A program made the position numbers and the translations under genes. Source: Raillietiella orientalis (Eukaryota). From it: a stretch of 64,000 nucleotides of DNA. Below the pieces are notes generated by a model, which was not told the origin of the DNA, ran no database searches, and saw only the letters and a program-made list of their open reading frames with translations. Location of the stretch: contig JAYWIR010000025.1 in the NCBI GenBank assembly GCA_036172245.1, positions 1,302,001-1,366,000 of the forward strand. Direction: 5' to 3'. Positions 1-14,680 of the stretch are shown here, piece after piece. The first letter of the stretch is position 1, and each line of letters opens with the position of its first letter.

Positions 1-3000
1 GGATTCGCTCAGACAAAGATTTCTTTTGATATTGATAATCATGAATTATATTTTTATCGCATCGCATTATGTAGTTATGGGTAGTAAATTAGTGGAGTAG
101 TGATAGGGAATAGTATTGAAAAAGATGGGTAAGAATGTGCTAAGTGTAGCTATCTTTTCTGTCAGAGTGGAATTCATTGAGAATTCTTATTTATTGCCCG
201 AATCTTAAAGAGTTAATCGGTAGGTGCTGAGTGTAGCAAAATGAAGTTGAGTTTTATTTAGTGATGACATGCCAGCAAATTAGCACGAGCTTGTTTTTCT
301 TTCTTGCAAGCCATCGTGGAAAGAGCTATTGGCTTAGAAGTGACCATTCCTAAAAAAACACACACACAAAGACAAAAAAAAAAAGGAAATTGCTTGAAAA
401 TCCTTTCGGTTTGGGAATAACCCTGGGCATTGACATCATGTCCGCTGTGGCAAAGAAGCACAGAGCACGGAGAGCTCTAGGGAGAGTAGTTAAACGAAAG
501 CCAAACCTTCCACGAAATGGCCACGAGTAATCCACATTTGCCTCGCGCAATTTTTGAAAGATCGCAAAGAGCACGTTCGAGAGGAACATTAGGCTGGCTT
601 CTGGATGGGGGAAGAGAGGGGGGGGGGGACCTTCTTTCAGCTGGGCTAAAGATACGAAAGGGGAAAATCGTTTCAGCAGAACATGGTTTAGATTTTCTGC
701 TCTTGAAAATTTTTTTCATCAAGCACGGAAAACGGACCGCGTGATGAAATTTCGGAAGTCGTTCCAAGACATGAAGATACTCAACCGGAGCATCAACGGC
801 AAAGCGTTGCATAATTTAACATTTGGAATTCAGGAGCCGGACGCAGTCCAAGGACACTCCGTGTTGGCCTAGCGAGCAACTTTTACCGATCCCGGAGATC
901 TTTAGTCTCAGAATCCCGGTACCGATCATTCACAGTTGCGAAATGACGTAATGCAAACGAAAAAGTGTGGGAGCGGTGGGGGACAACTTGTTTCGTTCTC
1001 ATCCAAAGAGTGAAAACTGTGTTCACAGAGCGCGGGGGGAAAAAATGAGGTACAATATCGCAAAAAAAAAAAAAAAAAAATTTCCAGCCCGTTTCAGTCA
1101 TCCCTGCGGATATCTGCACTGATTGTACGACTTTATGGGCTTTCTCTCCATACAATTAAAAGCCTTGAGTTCATCTAAATTGAGTGAGTCTGCTGAGTCG
1201 ACTAGGGTGGCTTCAGATGCACCCAAAGAAGAAAGCAGTTTCAGTAGCTTCAAAAGATAGAGCAAGTTCTCAAAGTAGGAAACTTTCGAACATTTTTTTT
1301 TTTTTTTGTATTGGGGAGACAAAACACGTGGGTTTCGAAAAAAGAGTTCTTTTTGTATGTTCCCCCTTATGCGTGAATTCATTTATTTATTTATTTTTTT
1401 CCCGCATGAGCTGCTGTCTGTTTAATCACACTATATATATCGTAAAAAGATGGATTCATTTGTAACGGGATTCACCTTATTCTCATAAGGTCATTTACAT
1501 AAATAATGATTCACAGATACTGTCTCCATATGTGTGTGCATGCATGTGCATACATGGACGAAACGCTTCCATAAACAGTGCAGCGAATTCACATCCGTTT
1601 ACATATGTAACTACGACTGCGTACAAAGGAAAACGCGACTCTTACGAGATGGAGGAAAGATTGTTTATGCATCCTCCATTTTCGTTTTTGGGAACGCGCA
1701 GTGCCCATTTCCCTCCTGACTGTAAGGGATTCAGGAAAATTGTACATAGGCTACTGAAAGTACGTTCTTGTAGCTAGAGGACATGTTTTTGATCCGTCTC
1801 ATACTCGTCTTTCGAAGCAATTCTTGCCCTACGAAATCTTCAGCGGATGCTTCTTGCTTGCTAATTAATAATTATTGTTTACTGAGAAGGCACGCATAGC
1901 CCTAATTTTCTAATTTTCCTGATCGCCTAACGCGGAAGCGATTTCGAGTTTCTTCCAGAGCTGCGATGTTCTTCGTTAGCCACAGGCTCTGCCATCCTGC
2001 ATGCGCCGAGTCTTCTTTCTCGACGACATCTTTCTGTTCAACATGAGGATCTTTGTCGGCGAAGATCGACGTCAGAGCATCTTCATCTTCACAACTTTAG
2101 CGGATAACGTTCGGTTTCGATTTCCTTCTGTTCTGAGTTGCCCTCTTTCATAAGTTGCTGTAAAGTTAACACGGCCTCACCTGAGAAGTTCCAATGGGAC
2201 TCTTGTCCTCCTGTAAGCAGGAGGCTGGCTCTAGAAGACTTGAGCTGGAAACGCTTTCCAAATCACACTGAAGTGAATCGGCAGGGCTGCCTGCTACGGA
2301 GGCAGCATCTGTTCCCAACGGAAGTGTAAAAATTGCTGAATACCAAAACCAGCTGCCCGTCGTGGCAGCGCACGTCGCAGCCTGCAGAGGTGTGTATTCT
2401 TCTAAAGTTCCACCATTTTGAACCGCAGTTTCATTTCTCTTCTCTCGGATGCTCTTCTGAGCAGAAACACGCTGAAATTCTAAGTATGCTTTTCTGTTCC
2501 TTGCGACGGTGATTCACTCCTGGATCGAGATGAAGTTGAGCATTCTGCACACGAGACACATCTTTCAAAAAGATAGGAATTTGCTTTCAAAACCTCGCAA
2601 AAGTTTGATCCTTTGGATTAAGTGGAATGCAGCCAAGAAAATGAAAAGCGCTCCCGATCCGCGCTGAATTGACGGTCCTGAAGTTTTGCAAACTGCGATC
2701 TGTAAACCCCAGTTGATGTGGTCAGATGAAGCCGATTTATTATTTCGAAAGGCCTGATGGTAGTTTTGGTTGCCGTAGCATGCATTGCTCTTCATCCATA
2801 GAGAGTAATCCAATGGATACTTAAATCATCCAGAGATCTGCTTGCGTCTTTGCACAAAACCTTGAGTGTAAAATTCCAGTCCTGCACCGGAGGACGAGGA
2901 GAAAAGATGGATGAGATGTGAAGCGTACCAAACGACCATCATTTCAGAGTGAAATTGATGAATTCATCGAATTTACGGAAGTTTAGATAAAAGTATCAGA

Positions 3001-6000
3001 ACTTGGACAAATAATGTGCTAACGTGGTCAGAGAAGATACCGAGTTCAAGACTGAACAACTTCCTCAAGAAAATTTTAGATTTCGTGAACGCCTCAGAGC
3101 ATCTAGAAACGGAATTTTTCTTGATTTTGTAAAAGAGACTGCCATGCTGTGCATCATCGGGAGATGAGCGAGGAAACGTGCTTCTTTCGTGGGAGAAGAT
3201 AAGTAACCAAGAAGAACAATAAGTCGTTGGAGAAGCTTTCAGCAGAAAGAGATGTAGCGCGTAACAGACGCTTCTATGAAGTGAAAAAGATAATCGCAAA
3301 TTTATCAATTTATTGATGCCGATGGGTCCACATTGCAGAAGGTTTCGGTAGCTTAGCTACGAAGACTTAGCCACAGACCACGACTGTGTTATGGTAAAAA
3401 AAAAAAAAAAAAAAGACACTACAATTAGGGATGGCTGGAAATTATCATTCACTTTTTAGTTCCATATTAATTGAACGGCTGACTCTTACGACGGGCAATA
3501 AATTGTTTTATTAAGTCGTAAATAGTAATGCACCTGATGAGATGCATGGGAGTGTGCCACATGTGTCGTGAGTGATGAATGCGTTGTCATCGAAATAATC
3601 AATGAAATAATCAATGAAAAAAATACCGTCGAGACTTTATATGGCTTCAAACTTCTTCGGAGTGCATACCTCTGATCATACCACCACTTTCAACACGATT
3701 TACGAGAAAGAACAGATGCGTGGAAACGGAGATCAGCGGCACTCTGCACTCTGCCTTCCACATAAAATGCAGGAGATAGAATTGTTAATGATTCTCCACG
3801 ACAAGAAATCAAACACTGGAGCATAGGGCTTCTTGCGAAAAGGAATCAAATAAATCATGCACTGTGTCTTGCTTGAAGACGTAGGGAAGCCCAACGCGCA
3901 CGAGCTGCAACGACCTTCCTTCTTCCCGACACTGCTTTCGTTTGAAAAAAAAAAAGGAAAATCTAGCCGCTCTAGGAATGTGAGCTACAAGATATGAATA
4001 AAAAAACACACAAAAGTGCTTCGATTAGAACTTTAAAGTAGTTACGAAACTGATGACACCTCTCAAACAGTAAGAAGTGAGGAACCACATTTTCCTGAGG
4101 TCGGTGGCTTTTTTTAAAAAGTCAGCAGCCGCATCGTTCAAATCTGCTTCCACAGCTGAGGAGCACACCGAACCAACTGCACAGCAGAGCAATTAATCGA
4201 GTCGACCACTGGAATCTGCTTCCCGCTGCTATGTTACCGGAGAACAGTCTTCCCCTTGGCGCTTGGTTCACTCAGTCTTTCACAGAAATTGCAGAAAGAG
4301 AAACTCCATGGAAACGAAGAGAACGTGGCACACGACACCGCGCAAGCTTGAGTTTCTCTCTTAATATATGTGGCGTCGTGTGCCACGTGTTCTTCGTTTC
4401 CATTACTTGATACACGATCGGAGAACAGGGAAAAATTCTTGAAAAGGTGCGCTAAAATCGGAGGCTCTCAAGGTGTGGTCCAAGACGCTCGCGTGGGATC
4501 TGCTCGTATATGTGTGGTGAGCGAAACAGGAGCCCTGCTGTTCCTGTGCCGTTCCTCTCCACATTCTTTTTCCGGAGGACAAAGCTTGATTCTCAGCTCA
4601 CGGAATCGACTCCTTGCTTTCTGCGCCATGATCTCATTCGAAAATCAGCTGATTTCATGCTCAGAGTTCCGATGAGATGGTGCCAGCTCTTTTTTCTTGG
4701 CCTGTTTGTTTGTTCACCATCGAGGCAAGCAAATTCTTCGTGCTCTCTCACTGATTTGATCTGTTGCGAAATTCGCGCGGAAGCGAAATTTCTGGTGGAG
4801 TCCGAGCCGGCACTCGCTGGCGCTGACAGAGTGCTTCAGGTTTCCCTGCACCGTAATTCCTGTTTCGCAGGGTCAATGGGCACACACATGACGGTAAATC
4901 CGCACACCTAAACAACGCCGATAAAGCAAAACGGAAATTCCGTGGATTGTGAATAATATGTGTACAGAAACTGTCTTTCGCTTGTAAATCAAATAGTAGG
5001 AGGTTGGTGCGGCGGAGGGCACTACGCTCCAGAGTGGCGCCTGCTTTTGCCCAATTTTTTTTCGGCCCCGTGTCATTTTCACATTCTCCCTCATTCCCGT
5101 ATATGCTTGCCTAGTCTCTGCAATGTTGATCTTGTTCCGGGAATAATCTGGGTGGGGTTTCGGGATGCCATCGTCGCATTCTTCCAGAATGGAAGAGCAT
5201 ACGCCATAGTGGTCATGATCATTCGCACACTTGGCGCACACACGGCACCAGATTTAAAGGAATGCACTCTTCGCCACCAGTTCCGAACATTTGGATGTGT
5301 TTTTTTTGTTTGTTTTTTTCGCTTTTTTCTTTCTTCCCGCTGAGAAGAGGCGGCTGCTTGCGATCTGTTTCCTCGAATCCTCAGAAGGAAGGGATATCTT
5401 TTCACCCTGTTTCCAGAGAATCTTTTTCTTTTTTTTTCTGAAGCTGAAAATTTTCCAAGCTGCAGAAAAAAATGCATCTTGGTACAGGCATCCATCCAGG
5501 GCGTTTTCTGTATCAAAACACTAAACTTCAAAATTTGCAGAAGAGGAAAAGTGCAGCATCTATTTAAGAGTGTCTTCAGAGCAGATGGGAGTGTGCCGAC
5601 TATCAATCAAACATCCTTGGATAAAAAAAAAAACTCTGAATACTCTGAATACACATCAATAATTCTCAGATGAAAAGGGAATGTTCTGTAAGGACAGTGC
5701 AGTGACTTCCATTAGAGAATTCTGGAAGCGGTCAGAATATCAGAAGACAAATATGCAAAGGCACGCTCTGAGTCCATGCATTCATGCAAGGGGGGAATTT
5801 TTTTTTTTTAGTAGCAATATTAACCAGACGTTTTACGAGAGCAACTATTAAGACCAAAATGAGCTTTTGCATGCCGTCAAGATAAGCTGAGGACACAGAT
5901 GAAAAGAATCCAGGAGAATGCGAACAGAATACAACTCTTTGAATCGGTTCGTAGGGCAGCTTATTACTTTAGCAACCAGGGCCAGGAATTTATGGAGATG

Positions 6001-9000
6001 ACTGGACTCGAACTCCGAGGGAAGCTGACGAGCAGGACTCTCCAAGTGATCTGGAAAATTGAAAAACGGAGTGGTGTGACTCCACAGTTTGGTGCTCCCG
6101 TGAACATTCGTTGACCTTGTGACTTGGAATACATCGCTCCGAGTATCTTTCGGATGGCTGGCCACCATACAGTTTCGTGGACCAGTCTTGATTGAATGCT
6201 GATGCCGGTGGCTCATGTATGTTAGGGACAGACTCCTTTCTCGTCTTCTAAGTTGAGCAATGACCTTCATTCCTTACTCACTGCTTTGAGAAATGACCTG
6301 TTAACATCCAATTTCATGGCTTCCTTTGATTATTAAACGTGGCCATCTGTAATTATTTTGCAGTAAAGTTATTCACGATTTTTCTGCTAGGCTATTCTGT
6401 TTGGATTCAAACGTGGATCACTGTGATCCTTTAACAAGCCCTATTCCGTTTTCCCCCTAGTCCATCCACTGATCCACTGCCTGTATATTCCAAAAGTGCT
6501 TTCTGAATCGTTTGCACATTTCTATATCCTTCTCATTTGTTGACTGAACGCCTGATCTTCTCATTTCAATTAATTTGTTATTCATCCTCGGATGTTTTCT
6601 TATTCTCCTTTTTTTTTTTTTTTCTTTCGCCTTACCTTTCCATTTTTTTATTTATTCGTTTCTCCTCGTTTCCCAATTTTAAGCAGCAATTCTACAGTCT
6701 GGAAAAGCTCTCATCTCTTACAGACTCTCTAGGAAGCGTAACAAAAGAGTGGACCGGAACTGCAGTTTCAGAGTCGCAGCTCCGCTTTGATCTTCTATCC
6801 AGCTCTGAAACGCTGCGGCATTTCAGAGCTCAGAAAATTGCGTTTTCGGCTTTCCGCTTCCCTTTTCGTGCACTCCGAATAGAACCTCTGCTGTAGCAAA
6901 TTCTCTGGATGGGACTGCAGGATTTTTTTTTTTTTGTCCCCAGCCCCCCGCTTTGCTGGTCTCCTGCCACTCGTAGTTCTTCCTCCTTTGTGTTTCATAC
7001 AGAAACCTCAAACTGGAACTGTCTGATAAATTACCATAATCTGTCTTTCATATTCGCGGTCATCCTCATGTGGACGCAACAAGTTCCTTCGAACAGTTCC
7101 TTCCGCGGTGTTCTTCACGCTAAGTCTCTGCTGTCATTCTCCGCTGCTGGACCACCCGGTTTATGTGAAATGCTTCTGGCCAGAGTCTCTGCGTTCTGCG
7201 GTCCTTTTGATTAACCCAATAGTGGTGGGGTCAGCTGGAAATAGACACCCATATTCGACCGACGACACGCGAAATAGGTCACTGGGGATACAAGTTCGCT
7301 ATGTGCTGCAGAGGCACATCGAGCATGCACTGGGAACTGCTCCCTCACGGCAACGCGCTTGTCCGAAACCTCATTACAATACTTTTCAAAGTGGCGGCGG
7401 ACGTGACTGTTTCGTGACCTTTCATGCCGCAGTCTGCCCGGAGGCATTTTGCCAATATCCGAATGCATGCCGATCACCTGAGGACGAACCAAGTGGCGGA
7501 GGAATCTGGAAGAAGGAGACTTGAAGCTATCTGCTCTGCTGAACAATATTCGCTAGTGTCAGACCCTAAACAGTGGCAATCCTTAGAGTCAGAACATGGA
7601 AGAGAGCTCACGATGATGGCACCTCAGACGACTCACCAGCCTTATTATTAGTATCTTGCATCCATGGTAAGAAGGATTAAGCACTGCTTGAGGAAGGTGA
7701 TGAATAATCTCTTGCTGATGCATAGAAGATCTCTACAACACTCCTGGACAGCCGATAGAGACCTAAAAGGACCTCTAGATTCACCTCTTGCCTCGTCAGA
7801 AAGGGGCGCTTTGGTTCCATTCTGATATTTCGCTAAGTAATTGGTAGAAGGAGGATCAACTGACTGTTCCATGGTCATCTTGACTGGCGACCTGTATATG
7901 AACTTATTTTGCAAGCCTAGTCCTCCTATTTCTGATAACTTATGTATTTGGACTTTAGTCAAAGTCAGGTGTCTTCGTCGTCGGAGCAGCACCTCTGCTG
8001 CGGCGTTTGCCAAAAGGAAGGACGCTTCGTGAAAGGAAGATGACCATAAAAAGTTATGAAGAGGAAACTCCGGTTCCCATTCTCCTTTTAATGATATCAT
8101 CTTCACCCTCGTGAGATAAAGAAGGCATCCAAGCAGCGACTCTTTTGCGAAGAACTTGGCGATTTTTTCCCGAAGCACTGGGACAAGGTAGGAATGAAAG
8201 CACCAAGAAACGGGGTGAAGTATCCTCTAGATTGAGTAGGAAGAAGTACGGTGGCACCACGCGAAATTTTGCATCCCCAATCTTCTCCTGGAGTGACACC
8301 AGTGATGGTTCCACATAGAAAGTATGCAGCCAGAGCTTGCCGCATCCTCGAAAGGATGTAGAGAACCACCCCCAGCCAACTGTGATTCTTTCCCATACAC
8401 TCCCAAGTTTATTTATTTTTATTTCTCTCTTTGTTTGCTCCTCCCCTCTGCTGTTGTGGCGAACCTCACCGATCTGCATAGCGGTGACACGCCAAGTTCC
8501 ATTTGAAGTGGGTGTGGTTGAAATGGTGGCCCAACCACACAGATGGCAAATGTTTATTTTTTTATGAAATAAATGCCCCCGGGTGACAATCCAGATGCGC
8601 TGTGGAGTTTCATGGACTCGTCAGTGAATGCACGAAAAGACGATCCTGTGAAGCTGTTCAAAAGAGAAGATCAGGATGAGATCGATACGGCATTGCGTAA
8701 GAAGAAGCTTTTCTTTCGGTCGTGAACGGCGGGTGCCACAGCTGATACAAAAAAAGACGGGATTTTACAACATCATTTGTTAAACCATGTTGCGCCCAAG
8801 TGCTCAAGGATGAAGATGTGAAATCAGGGGAAAAACAAGCAGGGAGGGAGCGGTGATCGTTCTCCTCTTTTGTTCTTCATATTCAGAAGGTTCAGAAGAG
8901 ATGCTCCTCACAACAGTCTGTCTTTGAATTCTGCACCACGTACCTTAGCTGAATTTCGAAAGATCGGAATTTGATGACCAATAGCAAGTGTTTCGTCTGA

Positions 9001-12000
9001 GCGAACTCCGCTCGCTTTTTCTTGCGTACCTTTTTCTTTTCTCATTTTCTCTGAAGTGCGTTGGCAAAGAATCTGCTTCCTAACAACGCATGTTTATGAG
9101 ACCTATTTGAAAAAACTCGAGAAAGATGTCGTCAGCGTGCGAACGAGGAAAAACACTCCAAAAGCTTGTTAGAAAGAAACAGATTCGATTACAGAATTTT
9201 ATAGCCACCGAAGGAAAAGCTGGTAGGAAAAATCGGTGTTTTGAATTGAGATTCGAACTGGATGAGATGGTAGTTCCTTTTTTTTTTTTTTTTTTTCTAA
9301 AGAAGGGAGTAAGAGCATCTTTTGATCTTTCGAAAGCACATCGGATATGCTCATATTTGAATCTGAATGTAATGAATCAAGTGGAAGAAGTATTCCTCTA
9401 CCTGGAGAGAAGAAAGTAGGTGGATGGCAGCTATCAGTCCAGCACCTCTAATATACTTTCCCTTCCATCAACTCGCTGAACTTGGAAAATGGAACATGCT
9501 GAGCTTATCCATCGATTAACGTAATAATTTCGTGATGCTGGACTCGAAAACCGAAGGAATTTCGAGTGTCACCGATTTTGAGCCTTTCCTGGCAAACCGG
9601 AAATCATGAGATGCACTTAAAAGGGCTTGCTAATCGGCAGATCCAGATTTGTAGTTCTAAAAGGGACTTTTTTGGGGGGGAAAGAATGGAATAATCTGCT
9701 TGCATTTTTCTCTTAGGAGCTTTCCAAGTGGGCATTGCAATCATCGTGGACCTTACCTTTCACGTGCCAAACTGACACGTCAACCTGGGGTGCATCTCCA
9801 ATCTCTTATGCCTCGCTGCGAATTTCGAATAGATGGACCACTTTTATTGGACAAAAAGCTACTGTCGATAATCAATAGCTCATAGTGCATCCAGAGCAAA
9901 CTTAGACAAAAAGAATGAAGTTTTTTATCTAGTAAGCTTTTTGCAAATGCTCAAGAATTCTATATCCTGATATTTGTACAATGAAGGGATTCTAGCCTTA
10001 CGTAATGATCTACTTAGCTTAATGAAAGCTTTTGATTCTTGAAAATTTTAAAGACATTGATCTGAGATTCCTTCTTGAAAAGCATACCTATTCTTATGCA
10101 CAGACTTTGAGGTAAAAGAAACCCTCAGAGAGTTGCATACACCAAAATACCAAATTTTCCATGTATTTTTTTTTCTTTCATCATGCAAAGAACAAATATT
10201 GCTCTATCAACATTTGGTAAGAAATTCAAATTCCTTGTAAACCTGGAAGCAATTCTTGGAACTAATTCGCTAATTCTGGAGTTATTCCTCTGTGTTAGTT
10301 TAAAGCCCTTCTTTGGGGAAGGCCGCGTCCCTGTAAATTTTCCATAACGGCTTTTGCCCTGTTGGAAGACAAGTTATGAACCTTTATCAAAACTACTGAG
10401 ATCTACGGAAGCCATTTTGTTTTTTGTTCTTGTTTCGAATCAAATCAAATTAATAACATTCTTCAAAAAGAATAGCATGCGTTCTTTTATTTCTTTAGAT
10501 TTTACTCGCCACCCTTAGAGTTTCCACATCTCGGCCACGGCCTCCCTCAACGCCTTTTCTTTCCGTCCCTCCCCACCAAGATGGCACAAGAAAATGCTGC
10601 ACCTGGACGGTCCTTCCACTGGTTTGAGTAACACCGAATTTCGGAACACACTCCCGACTTCCTCTGAGGAAAGCCAGGAGTGCGTTTGCAGCTTTCACCT
10701 AAGGAAAAGCACCGAACACGCTCTGCATTACCGCAGAAAGAGTGCCCAGAAGGCAACAAGGAACAATCACTCCCTTAGCAAAGGAAGTGTGTGGGATAGT
10801 GTCACTTTATGGGCCTTTCAGCAACAGTTGGTTCGAACTTGAGTCTCTGTAGGAGAAAATTTCCTACTGAGGTGTGAATGTCCTCCAGAATCGCTTATGA
10901 GTGGTACCACCGCGCTTGAGAAAACATATCGGCCGCCCCTGCGCTCTCCCTGGATCACCGGGGGAAAAACCCCGAATCAGCAGATGCTGATGAGTAAAAG
11001 ACGATCCGGAAGTGTCTATGCAAATACCTTAATCATTCTAATCATGTCGATCATTCTGCTTAATCATTCTCATCTCATGTCGATCAATGTTTCTTCGAGA
11101 GTCTGGTTTGGCTTGTGTATCCATAAATTAAACCAAGCCATAATATGCAAGTAAAACCAAATCTTTAGACATAAGCCGAAGGATGCTGATTAGCTTTCAG
11201 TGGACAGACTATTTAATCCCATTCTGATTGCTCTGAAGTAATCTAATCGATCTGGGAATCACGAGAATTCGAGAGGAAAACGACCAGGCCAGGGCTGTTA
11301 CTCTTTTTCGTTTCGGTCCTAGTTCATTTGCTTCACGGCTAACTAAAGATGATCGTCTCCTGCTAATGAACTCGTCCCGTCTGCATTTGGGAAGCGCCGA
11401 TAAACGAAATCATCACGTGATTCGAATTTTTCCAATTTGCTCTTTGTTCGATTTTTGAGCTGAAGTTAAGTGGCTGACTCTTCATGGAGTAGCCATCGAC
11501 TCCTCGTTGGGGTTGGAAGCAACAGAAATGATTTTACGGAATTTCCTGATGCAAGGGAAAACCTCTGATGGAAAGTTTCCACTGCAGGTGAACGGAGCAC
11601 TTATCATTATTTCATTTATTTGCCAGTCATCATCATAATCGCATACGAGGAACATTCTTCAGCAAAATCACCCGAGTCTGGTTTCGGCATTAACTATGGG
11701 TAACCGAATTACAAGCCTTCAGATGTCCTGCCTGGTCTTGCCTTAGACCGATAAGAATGAGCTCTGGAAGTTAATATCGAATCGCTAATTACAATGCGAA
11801 AGGTAATTATGGAGCCGACAAATTGAAAAGAGGCTGATAAAACGTACATACAATTCGTGTCAAAAGATAATGAAAGATTTATCTGACAATCCCAATTACA
11901 GCAAATCGCAACGAGGACAGCACGACAAGAAAATTTGAAGCGGCTTTCGTCTCGCTGCGGAAAATAAATACCAATGGCAGCAAATGATGGCAACTTAAGG

Positions 12001-14011
12001 GGTTAATGGACTGGCGCATAGTAAGAGAAAGAATAAACTGCTCCCTGTGAGAATGGGATTTTTTTTTTTCTTTCACGAATAGCACGTACACACTGGTTCA
12101 GGACACTTGGAAACAGATCATTTACCGGCAATCATTCCCAGGGTGTACACGTTTTCGTACCATCTGTGGAAGCTTTGGAACGATGGTATCCAGCCTCACT
12201 TGTCAGTTCATCCATCCGCTCCCTTTCGTGCTCCTCAACACATTAAGTTGACGGGTGTTCACCAAAGTCCACGCTGATGCGCACATTCGCTGGTGTTCTG
12301 TATCACGTGGTTGGAGGTTTGCTTTCAGTTCGCACCCAGAAGCATCCTCGCGGGAGGCACACCAATGGACACTTCGGAACGACTGGTTCCTCAACGAGGA
12401 AGGAACGGTTCGAAGAACGCAAAAGAGGGAACACCCAAAGCTGCAAGTTTTGCTGCCATCTAGAGCACGCGTGCTATCACAAAGGGTTACTCCAAATAGC
12501 ACAGATCGGCCATGCTGCGTTCCGCATCTCCCCGAAGCACAACTCCGCACGTTCATCTGCATTTCCTCGCGTTCGAGGGATGCGGATGGCTGCTCAGAAA
12601 TCCAGTGGTCTTGGCACGAGTGCTCTTCCGGCAGGCATTCCGGCATTTTTCCAAAGACACCTGCAAACTCCAAGCATCTTTACATTTCATCGACTGACCT
12701 GCGCCAAAGTATGTTAATCTTAAGACTTACGACTTTTCTTTTTTTTTCTTGTTCTTTTTTTTTCTTTTTTTCTTTTTTTTAAAAAAAGAGAAATCAATTG
12801 CTCGGCTGCAAAATAAAAACCACGAAGGGAACGGGCAGAAATGAATACCCAACGTCGGGGAACAGGAGCATTTGTAGCGGAAGGAAGGGCAGCAGCATCC
12901 CTGTGTTTTGAACTCCAGACGAAAATTTTTTCCAATGAATCATGAAGGAACTTGAAGGAAGGATGGGGGGGGGAGGCTGATGTATAAACTTGGCAATGTA
13001 AATGCTAATCTCATTTAGATCTTCAGCATGCTTTGGAGCAACTCGATTTTGAATACCTGAGCGATAAATAAGACAGGAGAGAGTTATTTATTTATTTATT
13101 TTTTCGTTTTGTTTTTTTCATTTTTCTTTCTTTCTTTTTTTCCCGTATCTCCAGGAACCATGGAAACTTCTGCAACCTATGGCACAGCTAACCCGCACAG
13201 CCCATGGCAGGGAGTCAGTCGGAACCAGCACAGCTAACCCGTTCGCAACCAGCGGACACTTCACCTGTGGATCGACACCAGCGAGTGTCCAGCCACGCAC
13301 CGACCGACTGGCGTGCGGAACGCTTGCGAAAAGCGATGATCACGCGTTCAGCACCATCCCTCCCGGCTGACGCGCATCCGGCCTACTTTTGTGTACCTGG
13401 CAATTCGCTAGCCGGGCACCGGAACCCTTGCTTGCCCATTTCGCGCCCTGGCGTCTTGTAGAACGTGTATACAAAACCTTGCTCGGGTTCGAATGTACAC
13501 ACACCCCTACGTTGATTTTTCGCATGGCTTTTGTTTGTTCGCACGTCCCACCCTCGGCTCTCCCATCCCAGGGCAGGAAAAGGTCACAATGCGCGCCTCA
13601 TAAAGGTACAGATGAGGAGGGTCGAGTCGAAAGCCATCCGACGCAGTTTGCAGGAGCGCTTGTCGCGCCAGATGCGTTGCGCACCAAGACGAGGGAGGAC
13701 CCACAAAAGCAGCCATTCGTTCTCGGCTTCCCTTAGACGGTGCCAACTGCAAAAATTCCGGATGGCAGCTCATAACTCCGTGTGTAAACAAAGCAGATCG
13801 TGATTCCGGCAAATGAGAGGTTTTCCTTCTCCCAGGCACTTGAGACAAAGGGAAGATGTGCGGCTGGCGGCGGCTGAGAAAAACCACGGCTCGCATGCGG
13901 GAAATCGCTCGCTCCGTCTCAGCGCGGGCAAAGATGGTGTGGCGCAAGCCTTGCGTCCCTGGCGAGGACGACTTCTGACAGCTCACAGACAGCAAAGGAA
14001 AGCAAAGTATA

Positions 14012-14453
14012 CGGTGATACCTCGGTACTCGGCGGTGTCCGAACTCGGGAAGCTCGGTACTCGCCGCATTTTGACGAGAGAAAGTTTCGACACTAGGCGC
14101 ATGCTCGGAGCTCGACACCCCACTCTCATGAGACAAGTGAACGCTTTCGTCTCATGGTAGCTCAGGAACAGTGCCGAACACTTCTTTATAGAATGCCTCC
14201 CGAATGGTTCCTTCTTTCGTGTGTTGTGCTGGAGCGCACCGCTCTCCACGTTGGTGCGTGCACCGCCCATCGCTTAAAGACCTCCGGTCCTCTCAAGATA
14301 CTTGGTCCTCTGCCGGATTCCATGGCTTTCGGCGTCCTGTGGCCATCCCTCTGACGGAAGATTTCTGCGCCCATTTTAAGCTTTAAGCATGGTAATATGA
14401 AAAATTCGTTCGGCACTCGTCTCGAATTACCGACGAGTACCGAGGTATCACTG
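14012..14453. mobile_element. Non-autonomous Tc1/mariner-superfamily (pogo/Tigger-like) MITE, 442 bp
   Basis: 25-bp TIRs: CGGTGATACCTCGGTACTCGGCGGT versus (reverse complement) CAGTGATACCTCGGTACTCGTCGGT, 2 mismatches. TA on both sides (14010-11, 14454-55). No transposase ORF. Confidence 0.88.
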
Positions 14454-14520
14454 TATTAAACACACATAAAAAAGCGCACGAGGTCACACGGGGGAGCGGA
14501 ACTAATGAATATACTTTTCC

Positions 14521-14530
14521 TTTATTTAAT
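14521..14530 (-). terminator. Candidate Eph polyadenylation signal (overlapping ATTAAA/AATAAA)
   Basis: Minus strand reads ATTAAATAAA about 150 nt after the stop codon. Confidence 0.55.
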
Positions 14531-14680
14531 ATCACAAATGATACAGTGACGAAAAGAAAACTTCGGCCCATTGCTCGCCTAAGGATAGCGCTGGGGTGAG
14601 GCGGAGCAATACGGCAAAATTATCACATTTCGAACCCCATGGAAAAAAAAAAAATCTCAATAGTACCATCATCTTTGGCA

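Noticed and set aside
12255..12782. REAHQWT..DW resembling a Tc1 transposase segment
   Set aside because: No DDE motifs or TIRs found; too short to distinguish from chance.
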